Source: a virus. Taken from it: a DNA stretch of 64,000 bases. Below are positions 36,892 through 46,139 of this stretch, piece after piece. The DNA lies in the IMG/VR virus record IMGVR_UViG_3300045988_148972, one strand, 5' to 3'. The notes beneath the pieces are model-generated. The model did no database searches, had not been told where the DNA came from, and worked only from the letters and a program-made list of their open reading frames with translations. The translations under genes and the position numbers were made by a program. The first letter of the stretch is position 1; each line of letters begins with the position of its first letter.

Positions 36892-37116
36892 ATGCTAATA
36901 AAAAAGAACTTTTCCGTGGTTTTTGAAGCCGGTACACCCCCGGTTAGATTCCGTGAAGAATACCTTCTTCCGGTCCGTACAGAAGAAGAGCAGACGGATC
37001 ATTCAACCCTTCATCAGGCTGCAAAAGGAGCCATAGCAAAAGATTTAGGGATTATGAGATGCGAAGTTCGGATTCTGAAAATTATGGAAATTCATAATCA
37101 CTTGATAGTTGAATAA
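36892..37116 (+). CDS. Hypothetical protein (74 aa)
   Basis: ATG ORF in operon packing. Confidence 0.45.
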   Translation: MLIKKNFSVVFEAGTPPVRFREEYLLPVRTEEEQTDHSTLHQAAKGAIAKDLGIMRCEVRILKIMEIHNHLIVE

Positions 37117-37141
37117 AACCATAAATCGAATTACATAGCCT

Positions 37142-37438
37142 ATGTTTGAACTAATTAGAGTCTTTCCCAACCATGATTCTCCCTATGTTGGAGGATATGT
37201 GGATTTTGACAGACAATATACTGTCGGAGAGTTTATCGAAGAAACCATGAAAAAGTACCCGGCTATTAGCGGTTCCTTCGTCGTAGATGCAACTTCACAC
37301 GTTGCACACTACCGGAAAGGGAAGCTGTTAAATGAAGATTTCCCGGAAAAGGTTTTAAAAGCCAGGATTGCAGCTGTTTCCTTTTATACAGGATGTAATG
37401 AAGCCAATTATGTTATCACTAAATTAGATGGACAATGA
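37142..37438 (+). CDS. Hypothetical protein (98 aa)
   Basis: ATG ORF. Stop overlaps the next start. Confidence 0.5.
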   Translation: MFELIRVFPNHDSPYVGGYVDFDRQYTVGEFIEETMKKYPAISGSFVVDATSHVAHYRKGKLLNEDFPEKVLKARIAAVSFYTGCNEANYVITKLDGQ

Positions 37439-38022
37439 TTTCAGAAGAAGAAAAGAAAAAACTGCGTGAATTGTCGGATAGAATAAGAAAATCCGAATCA
37501 GAATGGGGACCAATTCAAGCTTGTGTTACTTGTAGGCACTTTGCTTGGAACCTCAATTTAGACAAGAAAGGAATAGTATGTACTACCTTTTATTGTAGGC
37601 TTTCCGGCGAATCGGTAAGAAGACTAAATATATGTAATAAGTTCCAGAATAAAGATTACTTATCGAATCTTAGAAGTGAAAGAGAAAACGAATTTTTGGA
37701 ACAGTACATACGTCCATTAGAATACGTCGGCCTTGTCAATAGAGTGCTTGAAAGTACGATTTCTAATCAGATGGTACTTTATGCAGCACAGAAAATACAT
37801 GGTAAGACAGTAGAGATCCAAATAAATATGGATAACTACGAAACGCATACAATTACATTTTTCATGGATGATCCTAAACCACAAAAAACAGGCGACCGGA
37901 TCTGGATGCAAACGACCATGCCTTCTTCTGCAAAATGTGGAGACTCGTATTCGAGATTATTAGCTGATTCCATTAAAAATGCTTTATCTGAATTTAAAGA
38001 GTTTTGTAAAAATAGAGAATAA
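37435..38022 (+). CDS. Hypothetical protein with an N-terminal Cys cluster (195 aa)
   Basis: The segment CVTCRHF...CTTFYC...ICNKF suggests a metal-binding motif. Confidence 0.55.
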   Translation: MISEEEKKKLRELSDRIRKSESEWGPIQACVTCRHFAWNLNLDKKGIVCTTFYCRLSGESVRRLNICNKFQNKDYLSNLRSERENEFLEQYIRPLEYVGLVNRVLESTISNQMVLYAAQKIHGKTVEIQINMDNYETHTITFFMDDPKPQKTGDRIWMQTTMPSSAKCGDSYSRLLADSIKNALSEFKEFCKNRE

Positions 38023-38026
38023 TATC

Positions 38027-38632
38027 ATGAAAGAAGAAGAAAAGCTACTGTTACTGGAAGATATTTCAGCCAGATTACCGTTCGGATTGGCGTTTATCAC
38101 TAAACAAGGAATGATTGAAATGGACGTTATAAACTTAGCCGACAGATATAAGGTATGGGCTTATAAGAAAAGAGACAAGAATGGTAACGAAATTGGCCTG
38201 AATGCCGAAACATTAAAAGGAGAAAGATGTCTAGGGAAAGGGTTCAGATTGGGAGATATAAAACCGATACTCTATCCGCTGTCTTCAATCACAGAAGAAA
38301 TCTTTGTTAACGGCTCGGGAATCTGCCCGATGAAGTATCTGGCAGAAGCATTCGATTTCGACGGGTATATGGGCCTTTATACCACCTGGAATTTCGACGA
38401 AGAAAGAGGATGCGTGGAGTTCTTTGCCTGGGGATGTAAGGTGTGCGAAATGAGCTTGCAGAGCTTCTTTATTACACCGGAAGAAGGGAAGCATAACAGC
38501 ACTCAATTGGGCCTTCGTAATTTCCAGCAAGTCTTTCACGTGCTGCATCAGTGTCACATCGACTACCGCAACCTGATCGCACAAGGGCTGGCCGTTTCAG
38601 CTTTAGTTTTGGATAATAACCCTTATAAATAA
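38027..38632 (+). CDS. Hypothetical protein (201 aa)
   Basis: The ATG at 38027 (MKEEEKLLLL) follows the upstream stop at 38022. The track start at 37979 overlaps the upstream gene. Confidence 0.55.
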   Translation: MKEEEKLLLLEDISARLPFGLAFITKQGMIEMDVINLADRYKVWAYKKRDKNGNEIGLNAETLKGERCLGKGFRLGDIKPILYPLSSITEEIFVNGSGICPMKYLAEAFDFDGYMGLYTTWNFDEERGCVEFFAWGCKVCEMSLQSFFITPEEGKHNSTQLGLRNFQQVFHVLHQCHIDYRNLIAQGLAVSALVLDNNPYK

Positions 38633-38639
38633 AATAGCC

Positions 38640-39029
38640 ATGTTTAGACCGGAAGAATATGTGACACACGATGTTGCAAAGCTTTTAAAAGGAATAGGGT
38701 TTAATGAACCTGTGCATTCCCAATATACTAAGACAGGGACAGCATGGGTGTGCCAGGAACCCGAAAACTTCAACGAATCGCTTGATTGTTGTTGTTCCAG
38801 ACCAACTTTATACGAAGCTCAGAGATGGTTACGTGAAAATTATAATATTCATTTAGACATAAAGATTATTTGTTTTCACGCTCCTACAAGAAAATCTGAT
38901 TTTATCTGTGATATTCACTCTTTAAATTCAAAGGAATACAGAGAAACTAAGGTATATCAAAGTTATGAAAAAGTGCTGAATGAAGGAATCCGTGAATCAT
39001 GTAAACTGATTAAAGAAAGAAGATTATGA
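38640..39029 (+). CDS. Hypothetical protein, paralog of 42123..42527
   Basis: Shared V.K.L...G.....H..Y...PTLY.AQ.W.R......I......., ending ..EK.LN.GI.ES. Confidence 0.55.
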   Translation: MFRPEEYVTHDVAKLLKGIGFNEPVHSQYTKTGTAWVCQEPENFNESLDCCCSRPTLYEAQRWLRENYNIHLDIKIICFHAPTRKSDFICDIHSLNSKEYRETKVYQSYEKVLNEGIRESCKLIKERRL

Positions 39030-39355
39030 AAAAAATACCATTTATAGCAATTGTATCTGTTGTATTAATGTTATTGGCCGGCATTGTTACATTTTCCAAC
39101 CAGCGTGAAGTAATGTCCACTGTGAACCGGATTGAGAAAATAGAAAATGTAACCTCAAGTGAAGGTAATACGACTACCGAGGTTTATTATCTCCTTTTCA
39201 CATCCGGAGGGACCATGAGAATAAGCATAAACGGTTTCTTATCCCATCCTGAACTACTCGGTAGGATTAAGGTAGACAGCACTTATACGTTCCGAACCAT
39301 GGGATTGGAATTGCCTTTTGCGGGATTTTATCCGAATGTGGTATCCGTAAAATAA
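39026..39355 (+). CDS. Small membrane-anchored protein
   Basis: N-terminal TM helix (IPFIAIVSVVLMLLAGIVTF). Confidence 0.5.
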   Translation: MKKIPFIAIVSVVLMLLAGIVTFSNQREVMSTVNRIEKIENVTSSEGNTTTEVYYLLFTSGGTMRISINGFLSHPELLGRIKVDSTYTFRTMGLELPFAGFYPNVVSVK

Positions 39356-39356
39356 T

Positions 39357-39599
39357 ATGGCTATGACAGCAGAAGAGTTTTTGAAAAAGCAAGCAATGTA
39401 TGAATTTATAAACGGGGTTAGTCATCCACCTGTAGAAATAGTCACATACGATATAGCTTTAGCTGCATTGCAATTAAAAGAATATGAAGTTATCACCGAT
39501 AAGGAACGAAAAGGATGGGTATGCCCGGTATGTAGTAGGGCCTATGCTCCGAGTGTATCTGAATGTACTGAATGTAATAAAAATAGAGAATCAACATGA
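39357..39599 (+). CDS. Small zinc-ribbon protein
   Basis: CPVCSRAY....CTECN pair of CxxC motifs. Confidence 0.5.
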   Translation: MAMTAEEFLKKQAMYEFINGVSHPPVEIVTYDIALAALQLKEYEVITDKERKGWVCPVCSRAYAPSVSECTECNKNREST

Positions 39600-39823
39600 T
39601 TAAGCTATACAGAGCAGACCAGATGCACCCGTCCTCGTCGGTAGTGTCGCTATCAAGCCTGCAAAAGACTGTCAGGAAGAGCAGAGAAGTAACAGATAGA
39701 CTAATTCAGCAGCTGATTGATACTGGCTACATCCCGGAAGAAAAGAAGCCCGAACTTCTGTCTGTCTTCGACAAAGAAATGACCGAGTACACAAAACTCA
39801 AAACAAAGAAGAAAAAAGCATGA
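39596..39823 (+). CDS. Hypothetical protein (75 aa)
   Basis: ATGA overlaps at both ends. Confidence 0.45.
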   Translation: MIKLYRADQMHPSSSVVSLSSLQKTVRKSREVTDRLIQQLIDTGYIPEEKKPELLSVFDKEMTEYTKLKTKKKKA

Positions 39824-40101
39824 ACGAAATGGAGAAAGAAGAAAAACAAAGAGAGCATGTTGATATGCAGGATGCCTTTGACGCATTGATGGTCGGCCTT
39901 CTGACAAACGTAAAAGAACGGCAACCTGACCCGAACGAGGAGGTTATCTGCCGTATGGTGTCAAACGGAGCATTCGTAAGCGGATACATCTACCAGGAAG
40001 ACGGGAAATACAAAGTGGCCACTTCTCCCGATTTTCATTTTGAGGACTACGGAGATTATGAATGTGACTACTGGTTCCCGAAGCCTAAACTAAATGAATA
40101 A
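39820..40101 (+). CDS. Hypothetical protein (93 aa), DUF551-like by eye
   Basis: Pattern P.PNEEV......G.......Y.....W..PKP. Weak. Confidence 0.45.
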   Translation: MNEMEKEEKQREHVDMQDAFDALMVGLLTNVKERQPDPNEEVICRMVSNGAFVSGYIYQEDGKYKVATSPDFHFEDYGDYECDYWFPKPKLNE

Positions 40102-40104
40102 GTT

Positions 40105-40734
40105 ATGGATAAGGAAGAATATATACACCAATACGTCACGAACCTGTTTAACGAACGGATTAAGGATTCAGGAAGCGATGAAAATATACACTTCTCCATT
40201 GACGACATAATAAAAGCAATGTGGACTTCATGGGATGCGTCGTCTTTCTACCAATGGAAAAGCGTACAAGCGTCACTTCCTCCGAAAGGACAATGCGTGA
40301 ACGTCATGCTGGAAGACGGGAGATACACCAATTCCTTCATCATGTCAGACGGAACATGGGCCTACAATGTAAGGCCAATCGCATGGAGCGAAATAAAACG
40401 GCCGATATTATACCATAAACCAATGATTGAACTTAAATACCCAGGTATGAAAACGAAAAACATTATCTACACCGGTCCGATAGCCGATTATTACGGAAGA
40501 GAGTTGCCATCTATTCTTTGCGTAAACCACATACATAGATTAAACAATAGGGTACAAGGGAAAGATGATTCCTGCGACAGACCGATGATTATTATCAACC
40601 TGGAGACAAAAACTGCATGGATAGAGTACGTTGACGAAGAATGTTCCCAGTACGATAGCTTGGAGAACAAGTTTACCTGCGACCTTCAGGAAGTGGAACG
40701 TATGATTGAAGAAAGTCAGGAAAGTAAAGAATAA
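40105..40734 (+). CDS. Hypothetical protein (209 aa) with a DUF551-like segment
   Basis: WKSVQASLPPKGQCVNVMLEDGRY...GTWAYN..PIAWSEI resembles the phage DUF551 pattern. By eye only. Confidence 0.5.
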   Translation: MDKEEYIHQYVTNLFNERIKDSGSDENIHFSIDDIIKAMWTSWDASSFYQWKSVQASLPPKGQCVNVMLEDGRYTNSFIMSDGTWAYNVRPIAWSEIKRPILYHKPMIELKYPGMKTKNIIYTGPIADYYGRELPSILCVNHIHRLNNRVQGKDDSCDRPMIIINLETKTAWIEYVDEECSQYDSLENKFTCDLQEVERMIEESQESKE

Positions 40735-40751
40735 TCTAAAGCTAAGGACTC

Positions 40752-41072
40752 ATGAAAACAGAATATCTTGATGAATTATACCCTCATCAGTTAAAAAAAC
40801 AATTATCACAGCTTGGAGTTGAATTGACGGAAGACCAGTATAGAATACTTGTTAATCGCGGGAGAACATTTCTGTATGCTCCAAGGGATAGGAAGAAGAG
40901 CAAATCAAACATATTATGCAGAATGACAATATTATTCTACATAATATGGGCTGTTTTTGTCAGACTTGTTATCCAACCTATCAAATGGTTGTTTACTGGA
41001 ACCGAGTATTTTAGCATGGACAACCCTATTTATAAATTCACGGTTGGATGGGGACGTAAAATTGGATTCTAA
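40752..41072 (+). CDS. Small membrane protein
   Basis: Central hydrophobic helix (ILCRMTILFYIIWAVFVRLVI). Confidence 0.45.
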   Translation: MKTEYLDELYPHQLKKQLSQLGVELTEDQYRILVNRGRTFLYAPRDRKKSKSNILCRMTILFYIIWAVFVRLVIQPIKWLFTGTEYFSMDNPIYKFTVGWGRKIGF

Positions 41073-41084
41073 AAACATACGACT

Positions 41085-41309
41085 ATGAAGAAAGCATTAC
41101 CTGATGTAAAAGAGAATACTCCTTCGCCAGAGGAAAAAGAGAAAACTGTTCATCTTCACTTTGAAGGAGATTTCACTCTAAGGGATGGTAAGGTATTTGT
41201 CAGCAAGCTACAGACTAGCGAGTTGCCAATTACATTGTGGACAGACCTATTCCGAGCTATAAACGATGTATTAAAAAAAAGATTTATAAACCATGTATAT
41301 CGACGATAA
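41085..41309 (+). CDS. Hypothetical protein (74 aa)
   Basis: ATG ORF in operon packing. Confidence 0.45.
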   Translation: MKKALPDVKENTPSPEEKEKTVHLHFEGDFTLRDGKVFVSKLQTSELPITLWTDLFRAINDVLKKRFINHVYRR

Positions 41310-41348
41310 AAAAGCAGTTGTATTCGTACCTAAGACGAGTACGAAAAG

Positions 41349-41771
41349 ATGAAAGAGCTGGCCAACGCCAACGCAGAAGAGATAGAGAAACGCGCCCTCG
41401 AAATGTGGGAGACTAAAGCAATTCCATGTCTTAAAGTTTCCATGGAGATACGAAGCAGCGGAGGACGTGATATTCTGGATTCAGAAGAGTTTGAGTTCAG
41501 GACAGATTCATACCTGCTAAACCCTTCAGGTAAGTTCACTATCAAAGAAGAAGCCAGACAAAGATTTGATAAGATTCTTACTGACTGGGCACGTCACATG
41601 ATGGAGCTTCAGTTTGGCGAGCACATGACGAAAATCAATTATATCAACGAACGATGCCACAAGGCAGATATATTGTGGAAGAGAATGCTAATACCGGCCA
41701 TTTGTGCAGGGATTGTCGCCTTCGTTATGTTTGTCTGCTTAATATGGGTTTTACTGTCTAAATTCAATTAA
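41349..41771 (+). CDS. C-terminally membrane-anchored protein (140 aa)
   Basis: C-terminal TM helix (IPAICAGIVAFVMFVCLIWVLL). Confidence 0.5.
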   Translation: MKELANANAEEIEKRALEMWETKAIPCLKVSMEIRSSGGRDILDSEEFEFRTDSYLLNPSGKFTIKEEARQRFDKILTDWARHMMELQFGEHMTKINYINERCHKADILWKRMLIPAICAGIVAFVMFVCLIWVLLSKFN

Positions 41772-41785
41772 ATCAAGTTATAGCA

Positions 41786-42118
41786 ATGGCTGAGATACGA
41801 ATCCACGAAAGCCGGAAGTCAAAACTAAAATGGAAGGATATTCCTAAATTTAAGGACAGTTACTGTTGGCCGGTAGTTCAGGTACAGGAGCATGAAGGTA
41901 GCCTTCACTTTAAGTTTTCCGGTGGCTCCAAATACTCTCCAAATACTTACTTTACCATTGAAGATTACCGGAAATATACGGCTTTGGAGATATTCAATAT
42001 CCTCGTCAATATAGGTTTCTATACACGGCACAGCCACGATGCAGTATTGAAATTCTACCACGATAGAGGACTGGATTTAGGTTTTACAAGAAACTTTTTA
42101 AAATCATTAAAAGCATAG
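41786..42118 (+). CDS. Hypothetical protein (110 aa)
   Basis: ATG ORF in operon packing. Confidence 0.5.
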   Translation: MAEIRIHESRKSKLKWKDIPKFKDSYCWPVVQVQEHEGSLHFKFSGGSKYSPNTYFTIEDYRKYTALEIFNILVNIGFYTRHSHDAVLKFYHDRGLDLGFTRNFLKSLKA

Positions 42119-42122
42119 CACC

Positions 42123-42527
42123 ATGTCAACAGAACGAAATATGAAAAATGAAAACTTTGTCACTTTTGAGGTAGCTAAGCTTCTTCAGGACAAAGGATAT
42201 AGAGAAGACTGTCATGCCAGTTACAGGACAGACGAAACAGGCCGGTCGGAACTGACCGTAGTGTTTGGGGTGAGGGAGTTCCGTTATCTTTCAAGACATG
42301 TAAACGGATTTCAGTACGAATACCTGGCTCCCACGCTGTATGCTGCGCAGAAATGGGTACGTATAAAGGGGAAAATCCACATCGTTGTCGAGCTAAACAA
42401 ACACGGATGGTACTATCGCCTGTACGACACAGAGGATTTGTCTCTCATATCGCAGATGGACGGATATGCCGACACATTCGAGAAAGCTTTGAACGACGGG
42501 ATAAAAGAGTCATTAACTTACTTATAA
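42123..42527 (+). CDS. Hypothetical protein, paralog of 38640..39029
   Basis: See 38640..39029. Confidence 0.55.
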   Translation: MSTERNMKNENFVTFEVAKLLQDKGYREDCHASYRTDETGRSELTVVFGVREFRYLSRHVNGFQYEYLAPTLYAAQKWVRIKGKIHIVVELNKHGWYYRLYDTEDLSLISQMDGYADTFEKALNDGIKESLTYL

Positions 42528-42654
42528 GAATCAGACTATGTTTACACAACCTTGTTTTATCCGGAAGAACACACCGGAACTGCGGAAAAAGCTTCAGGAA
42601 CTGGGGCAATCAAAAGACTGAACGATTCTAAAAACGAATAGCCTATGCCAACCA

Positions 42655-42831
42655 CAATCAAACGAATAGTGAGCGTACTTTACCGGGCACGCACCAATAA
42701 ATACGAGGTGCAGGCTGTGGCCGAAAAGAATGGCCGACCATGTGTTATCACGCTGTATTATAGAAATGAAAAAGAAGCAAGAAAACTAAAGAAAGGAGAC
42801 GTAATAGATGGAAACAACTGAAACAATAGAA
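42655..42831 (+). CDS. Possible small ORF (58 aa), below the track cutoff
   Basis: An ATG-initiated frame (MPTTIKRIVSVLYRARTNKYEV...) fills an otherwise empty 280-nt gap in a tightly packed operon. Overlaps the next start by 24 nt. Confidence 0.3.
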
Positions 42832-43416
42832 CTAAACAAACTGCGAGATGAAGCCTACCAAAACGCAGTAGAACACGGTTGGCACGATAAGGATTTGAGT
42901 GACGAGCATTTCCTTTGTCTGGTCATTAGCGAGCTGATGGAAGCTGTGCAGGCCGAAAGAAAAGGGAAACGGTCCGATGTGGCAAAGTTTAATGAATGGC
43001 AAGGAAATAATATCCCATTTAGCGAAGAAACCCGAGTAAGAAGATTTCAGGAAGATTTTGAAGCGTATATAAAAGATAGTGTGGAAGATGAACTTTCCGA
43101 TGTCTGCATCCGTATGCTTGACCTGGCAGGTTTGCTGGGAGTTAGTTTCTTAGGGGTAAAATTCCCGCTTGAGATAAAGGAAGAGATATACAAAGATAAA
43201 AGCCAGAATACTTTTACAGAGTGGTGCTACAATCTGACAAGATTTATCGCATCGTATAATGAGTGTCATATTACCACTCTTCAATTCTTTGTAAACATAT
43301 TACAAGAAGTGTTTATTATGTCCAAAATCAAAGGATTCGACCTCCTCTGGCACATCGAACAAAAAATGAAGTATAACCGCACCCGTCCACGCATGCACGG
43401 GAACAACAAATTTTAA
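42808..43416 (+). CDS. MazG-like nucleotide pyrophosphohydrolase
   Basis: ..EHGWHDK...LCLVISELMEAVQAERKG... and ..VEDELSDVCIRMLDLAGLLGV fit the two EExxE/D-type helices of MazG-family NTP-PPases. By eye only. Confidence 0.5.
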   Translation: METTETIELNKLRDEAYQNAVEHGWHDKDLSDEHFLCLVISELMEAVQAERKGKRSDVAKFNEWQGNNIPFSEETRVRRFQEDFEAYIKDSVEDELSDVCIRMLDLAGLLGVSFLGVKFPLEIKEEIYKDKSQNTFTEWCYNLTRFIASYNECHITTLQFFVNILQEVFIMSKIKGFDLLWHIEQKMKYNRTRPRMHGNNKF

Positions 43417-43418
43417 TT

Positions 43419-43814
43419 ATGAATACCGCAGACTTAATAATCAGCATCGTTTTTGTTTGCATAAACTCCACCGCGCTATTCCTGATTTACCGGTCCATAT
43501 CGCGATGGATGACCCGAAACGAGAAGAAAATAGACAACCTGGAGCACGCCGTTCTCAAAATTGACGACTACATAAAATACAGCTCTCACACCATTGATAC
43601 CGTTTACATCTACGCATTGAACAGGCTAATCGAACAGTATATAAAAGATGAAAAATACGAAGTGGCCGATCTCGTCAAGAAGGACCTCCAATTGGTGCAA
43701 GCTAACGTATTAAAGGAGATGAAACGTCGCATGGAGGAGGCAGAAAAAAAACTCTATGAAGACATTATTAACAAAGAATATAATCAGAAGAAAGGAGAAA
43801 CGAAAGAAGAGTGA
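43419..43814 (+). CDS. Membrane-anchored coiled-coil protein (131 aa)
   Basis: N-terminal TM helix (LIISIVFVCINSTALFLIY), then a charged helical region. Confidence 0.5.
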   Translation: MNTADLIISIVFVCINSTALFLIYRSISRWMTRNEKKIDNLEHAVLKIDDYIKYSSHTIDTVYIYALNRLIEQYIKDEKYEVADLVKKDLQLVQANVLKEMKRRMEEAEKKLYEDIINKEYNQKKGETKEE

Positions 43815-44863
43815 TTTTTAGTGCTTTATAAACGAGGATTGTAAAATAAGTTTTATATACAGGTTGAATTAAAACGCTAATTAATCACAATCTGATTCAT
43901 TTTTAAGAAGACGTAGGAGTGTATGTAATCGCACTTTTATGCCTTTTTTCTGTCAACAAAAGTCGTATTTCGTCACATAAATTCCAAACTGGCGTAGTAT
44001 CGCCACTGTGGCTGCGCTTAATAGGCACTTTTTTCGCGTAGTTACGCTATTTGAGTGGCGTAGGCACGAAACTTTCAGAAAAATCATTCCGACACAAAGA
44101 GAAAATCGCTTAGAAAATCAATTTAGTATCAAATATTACAAGTTTTACACACCCTTTGCAAAACATTTTGCAATTTGATAATCAGTTAGTTAAGTATCAT
44201 TTGTAAGCAATTTTGCAAAGCTTGCGAAGTGTTGGCGAAATTTTTGCAATGAATAACTATCTGATAATCAATTAAAAGTATTGTACTTTTTGATATTTTG
44301 CCGATTTTTCACGAAAAACGAGTTTACAAAATCTTTAAAATAAAAATTTTCGTAGGGTGGAGAAGGGTGTACATCAGTCGAATCATTTCTTCTTGTGAGC
44401 GCCCGAATGGGGAAGGAATCCGAAGGGAAACCTGAAAGAACGAAAGGAGGGAAAGGTCGGCCTGCGGAACGCGGGACGACAAAGCACGTCTTTCCCCTTT
44501 CGTTCTACTTCCTTTATATCCAATTTCATCGTGTAACAGAGAGAGCTACGCAATAGACATAAAAGAAAAAGCTGGACAGCCTGAAATCTGTTCTTTACCG
44601 AAAAAAATACGTTTTCTTCACTTCAAAATTAATGAACAATCGGCAATAACTCTTTATTTATTATTTATTTTCACTATAAATAATTGATAATTAAATAAAT
44701 AAGTATTGAGAATTGTTTTGCAAGAAAATTGCACAGCTTTGCAAAATCGTGAAAAACACGCAAAATAAGGTCCCAGGCGCTTAACCTTTTTTTGTTGAAT
44801 GAAATTCCGATTGGTGTTTAATCGTCCGTAACTTGCTGTTGATTAATTGATTTACATATATTT
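43815..44863. other. 1.05-kb non-coding region (candidate origin or regulatory hub)
   Basis: No ORF of 60 codons or more on either strand, in a genome that is otherwise about 95 percent coding. Contains six TTTGCAA(A) sites, AT-rich GATAATCA-like repeats and a GC/purine-rich nested hairpin. Confidence 0.7.
44437..44506 (+). ncRNA. Candidate structured RNA/DNA element: long imperfect hairpin with a nested GC-rich hairpin
   Basis: AGAACGAAAGGAGGGAAAG (44437..44455) pairs with CTTTCCCCTTTCGTTCT (44490..44506), leaving two bulged bases. The inner element GTCG-G-CCTGCG-gaa-CGCGGG-A-CGAC is at 44456..44480. Confidence 0.3.
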
Positions 44864-45511
44864 ATGAAAAGCCACAGCACAAAAAAGAATGTATCTGCAC
44901 CTCCGGTAATGTATGTCAAGCTTAGTATATATCTCCGCAAATACATGGAAAGCAGATATGGTAAAGATGTATTGATTATTCCGTTCATGAGCCCTATTTA
45001 TACATGTATGGAGCAGTATTTGGTCAACAATTACAGTATGGTCAAGATAAGTCCCAGAGCATGCTCACAGCGTATGTTCAACTATAACGGCACATCGGAT
45101 TTATTTGAAAGAAGTGGTATTTGTGTAATGGACACCGCTGAAAAACAGGAATATATTGCCGTACAGATACCCGAAAGAGTGTTTAAGGGTGGATTGATTG
45201 TGAAGACTTCAGATAACTGGCAGCTAAGCAATACCGGGTTTGTAGAGTTCAACAAACTGGTGAAGCGTGAGTTCTGGATGGAATGTATGACGTTTGTAGA
45301 CGAATGTTTCACTTCTGCACGAATCCAGGGATTGCGTACCACACGAGAAAATGCTATATCCGATTTTATGGTGGCCATGGATATACCGATGCAGTACTAT
45401 GAGAACATGATCAGGTATTACAATCGGATGATAAACCGTATTCATTCCGACATTGAAAAAAAGAGAGAATGGCTTGAAAGCTTAAATGATACCGCACTCA
45501 CCTATACATAA
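44864..45511 (+). CDS. Hypothetical protein (215 aa), first gene after the long non-coding region
   Basis: ATG ORF with no recognised motif. Confidence 0.6.
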   Translation: MKSHSTKKNVSAPPVMYVKLSIYLRKYMESRYGKDVLIIPFMSPIYTCMEQYLVNNYSMVKISPRACSQRMFNYNGTSDLFERSGICVMDTAEKQEYIAVQIPERVFKGGLIVKTSDNWQLSNTGFVEFNKLVKREFWMECMTFVDECFTSARIQGLRTTRENAISDFMVAMDIPMQYYENMIRYYNRMINRIHSDIEKKREWLESLNDTALTYT

Positions 45512-45561
45512 ACAGAAATTAATACATGAATAACCCGAAATAATAGTTAAAAAACAAGAGA

Positions 45562-45594
45562 TTTTGTCCTCCTGTTTGTCCTTCGCTATTTTTA
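45562..45594 (+). promoter_or_regulatory. Recurrent element, variant arrangement (TGTCCTCC + TGTCCTTCG) with TATTTTTA
   Basis: TGTCCTCC at 45565..45572, TGTCCTTCG at 45577..45585, -7-like TATTTTTA at 45587..45594. ATG at 45617. Confidence 0.4.
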
Positions 45595-45616
45595 AACAAA
45601 AAACAACACATAAATC

Positions 45617-46057
45617 ATGAATTGCAGCGAGAATTATTACGAGTTGATAGGCAGCATTGAAGCTTATCCGGACGACGCGGTTACGTTTTCCCGCCCGTTC
45701 AATATTGAGAAGAAAAGTGACAAACCTGATTTTTCTGTGTCGGGCGACCGTAAGATTTCCATTCAGATGAAACCGAAATCGGGGAGCCTGAAGGAGAGCG
45801 CGGAAACCAGCGTGGCCGGCGATTCTTACGAAGTGACGGTGAGTTGGGAGGTAGAGATGGTGACGCAGGAAACCTATTTACAGCTTGAAACGCTGAAAAA
45901 CAGCACTAACCATTTGATTGTAAGAACATTTTGCGACGGTGAAATGTTTGTGCGTGCCGTGAGCGACGGTTATGAATTTCAGTATGAGGAAGGCGACGGC
46001 GTGATTTCGTGCACACTCACCATCCGCAACGTGACCGGAGCACAGCGTGTGGTCTGA
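45617..46057 (+). CDS. Hypothetical structural-module protein (146 aa)
   Basis: ATG ORF after the promoter element and a CA/A-rich leader. Confidence 0.6.
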   Translation: MNCSENYYELIGSIEAYPDDAVTFSRPFNIEKKSDKPDFSVSGDRKISIQMKPKSGSLKESAETSVAGDSYEVTVSWEVEMVTQETYLQLETLKNSTNHLIVRTFCDGEMFVRAVSDGYEFQYEEGDGVISCTLTIRNVTGAQRVV

Positions 46058-46100
46058 CATCTACACCTTATTATATATATTGCTTTTTTCTTTCCGTTGG

Positions 46101-46139
46101 AATGCCGTTCCTGCATACGTGTGTGGAGCGGCATTTTTT
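46101..46139 (+). terminator. Weak stem-loop with a T-run
   Basis: AATGCCG (46101..46107) pairs with CGGCATT (46129..46135) across a 21-nt loop, followed by TTTTTT. Confidence 0.35.

Noticed and set aside
42353-42631. 92-aa ORF overlapping the end of 42123..42527
   Set aside because: It is out of frame with and mostly inside a gene that has a conserved paralog. Its Arg-rich translation is typical of an alternate frame.
43815-44863. Searched the gene desert for tRNA genes
   Set aside because: I found no cloverleaf-compatible segment and no GTTCGAATC-type T-loop with a matching acceptor stem. The nearest look-alike (CAGTCGAATCA near 44374) lacks flanking stems.
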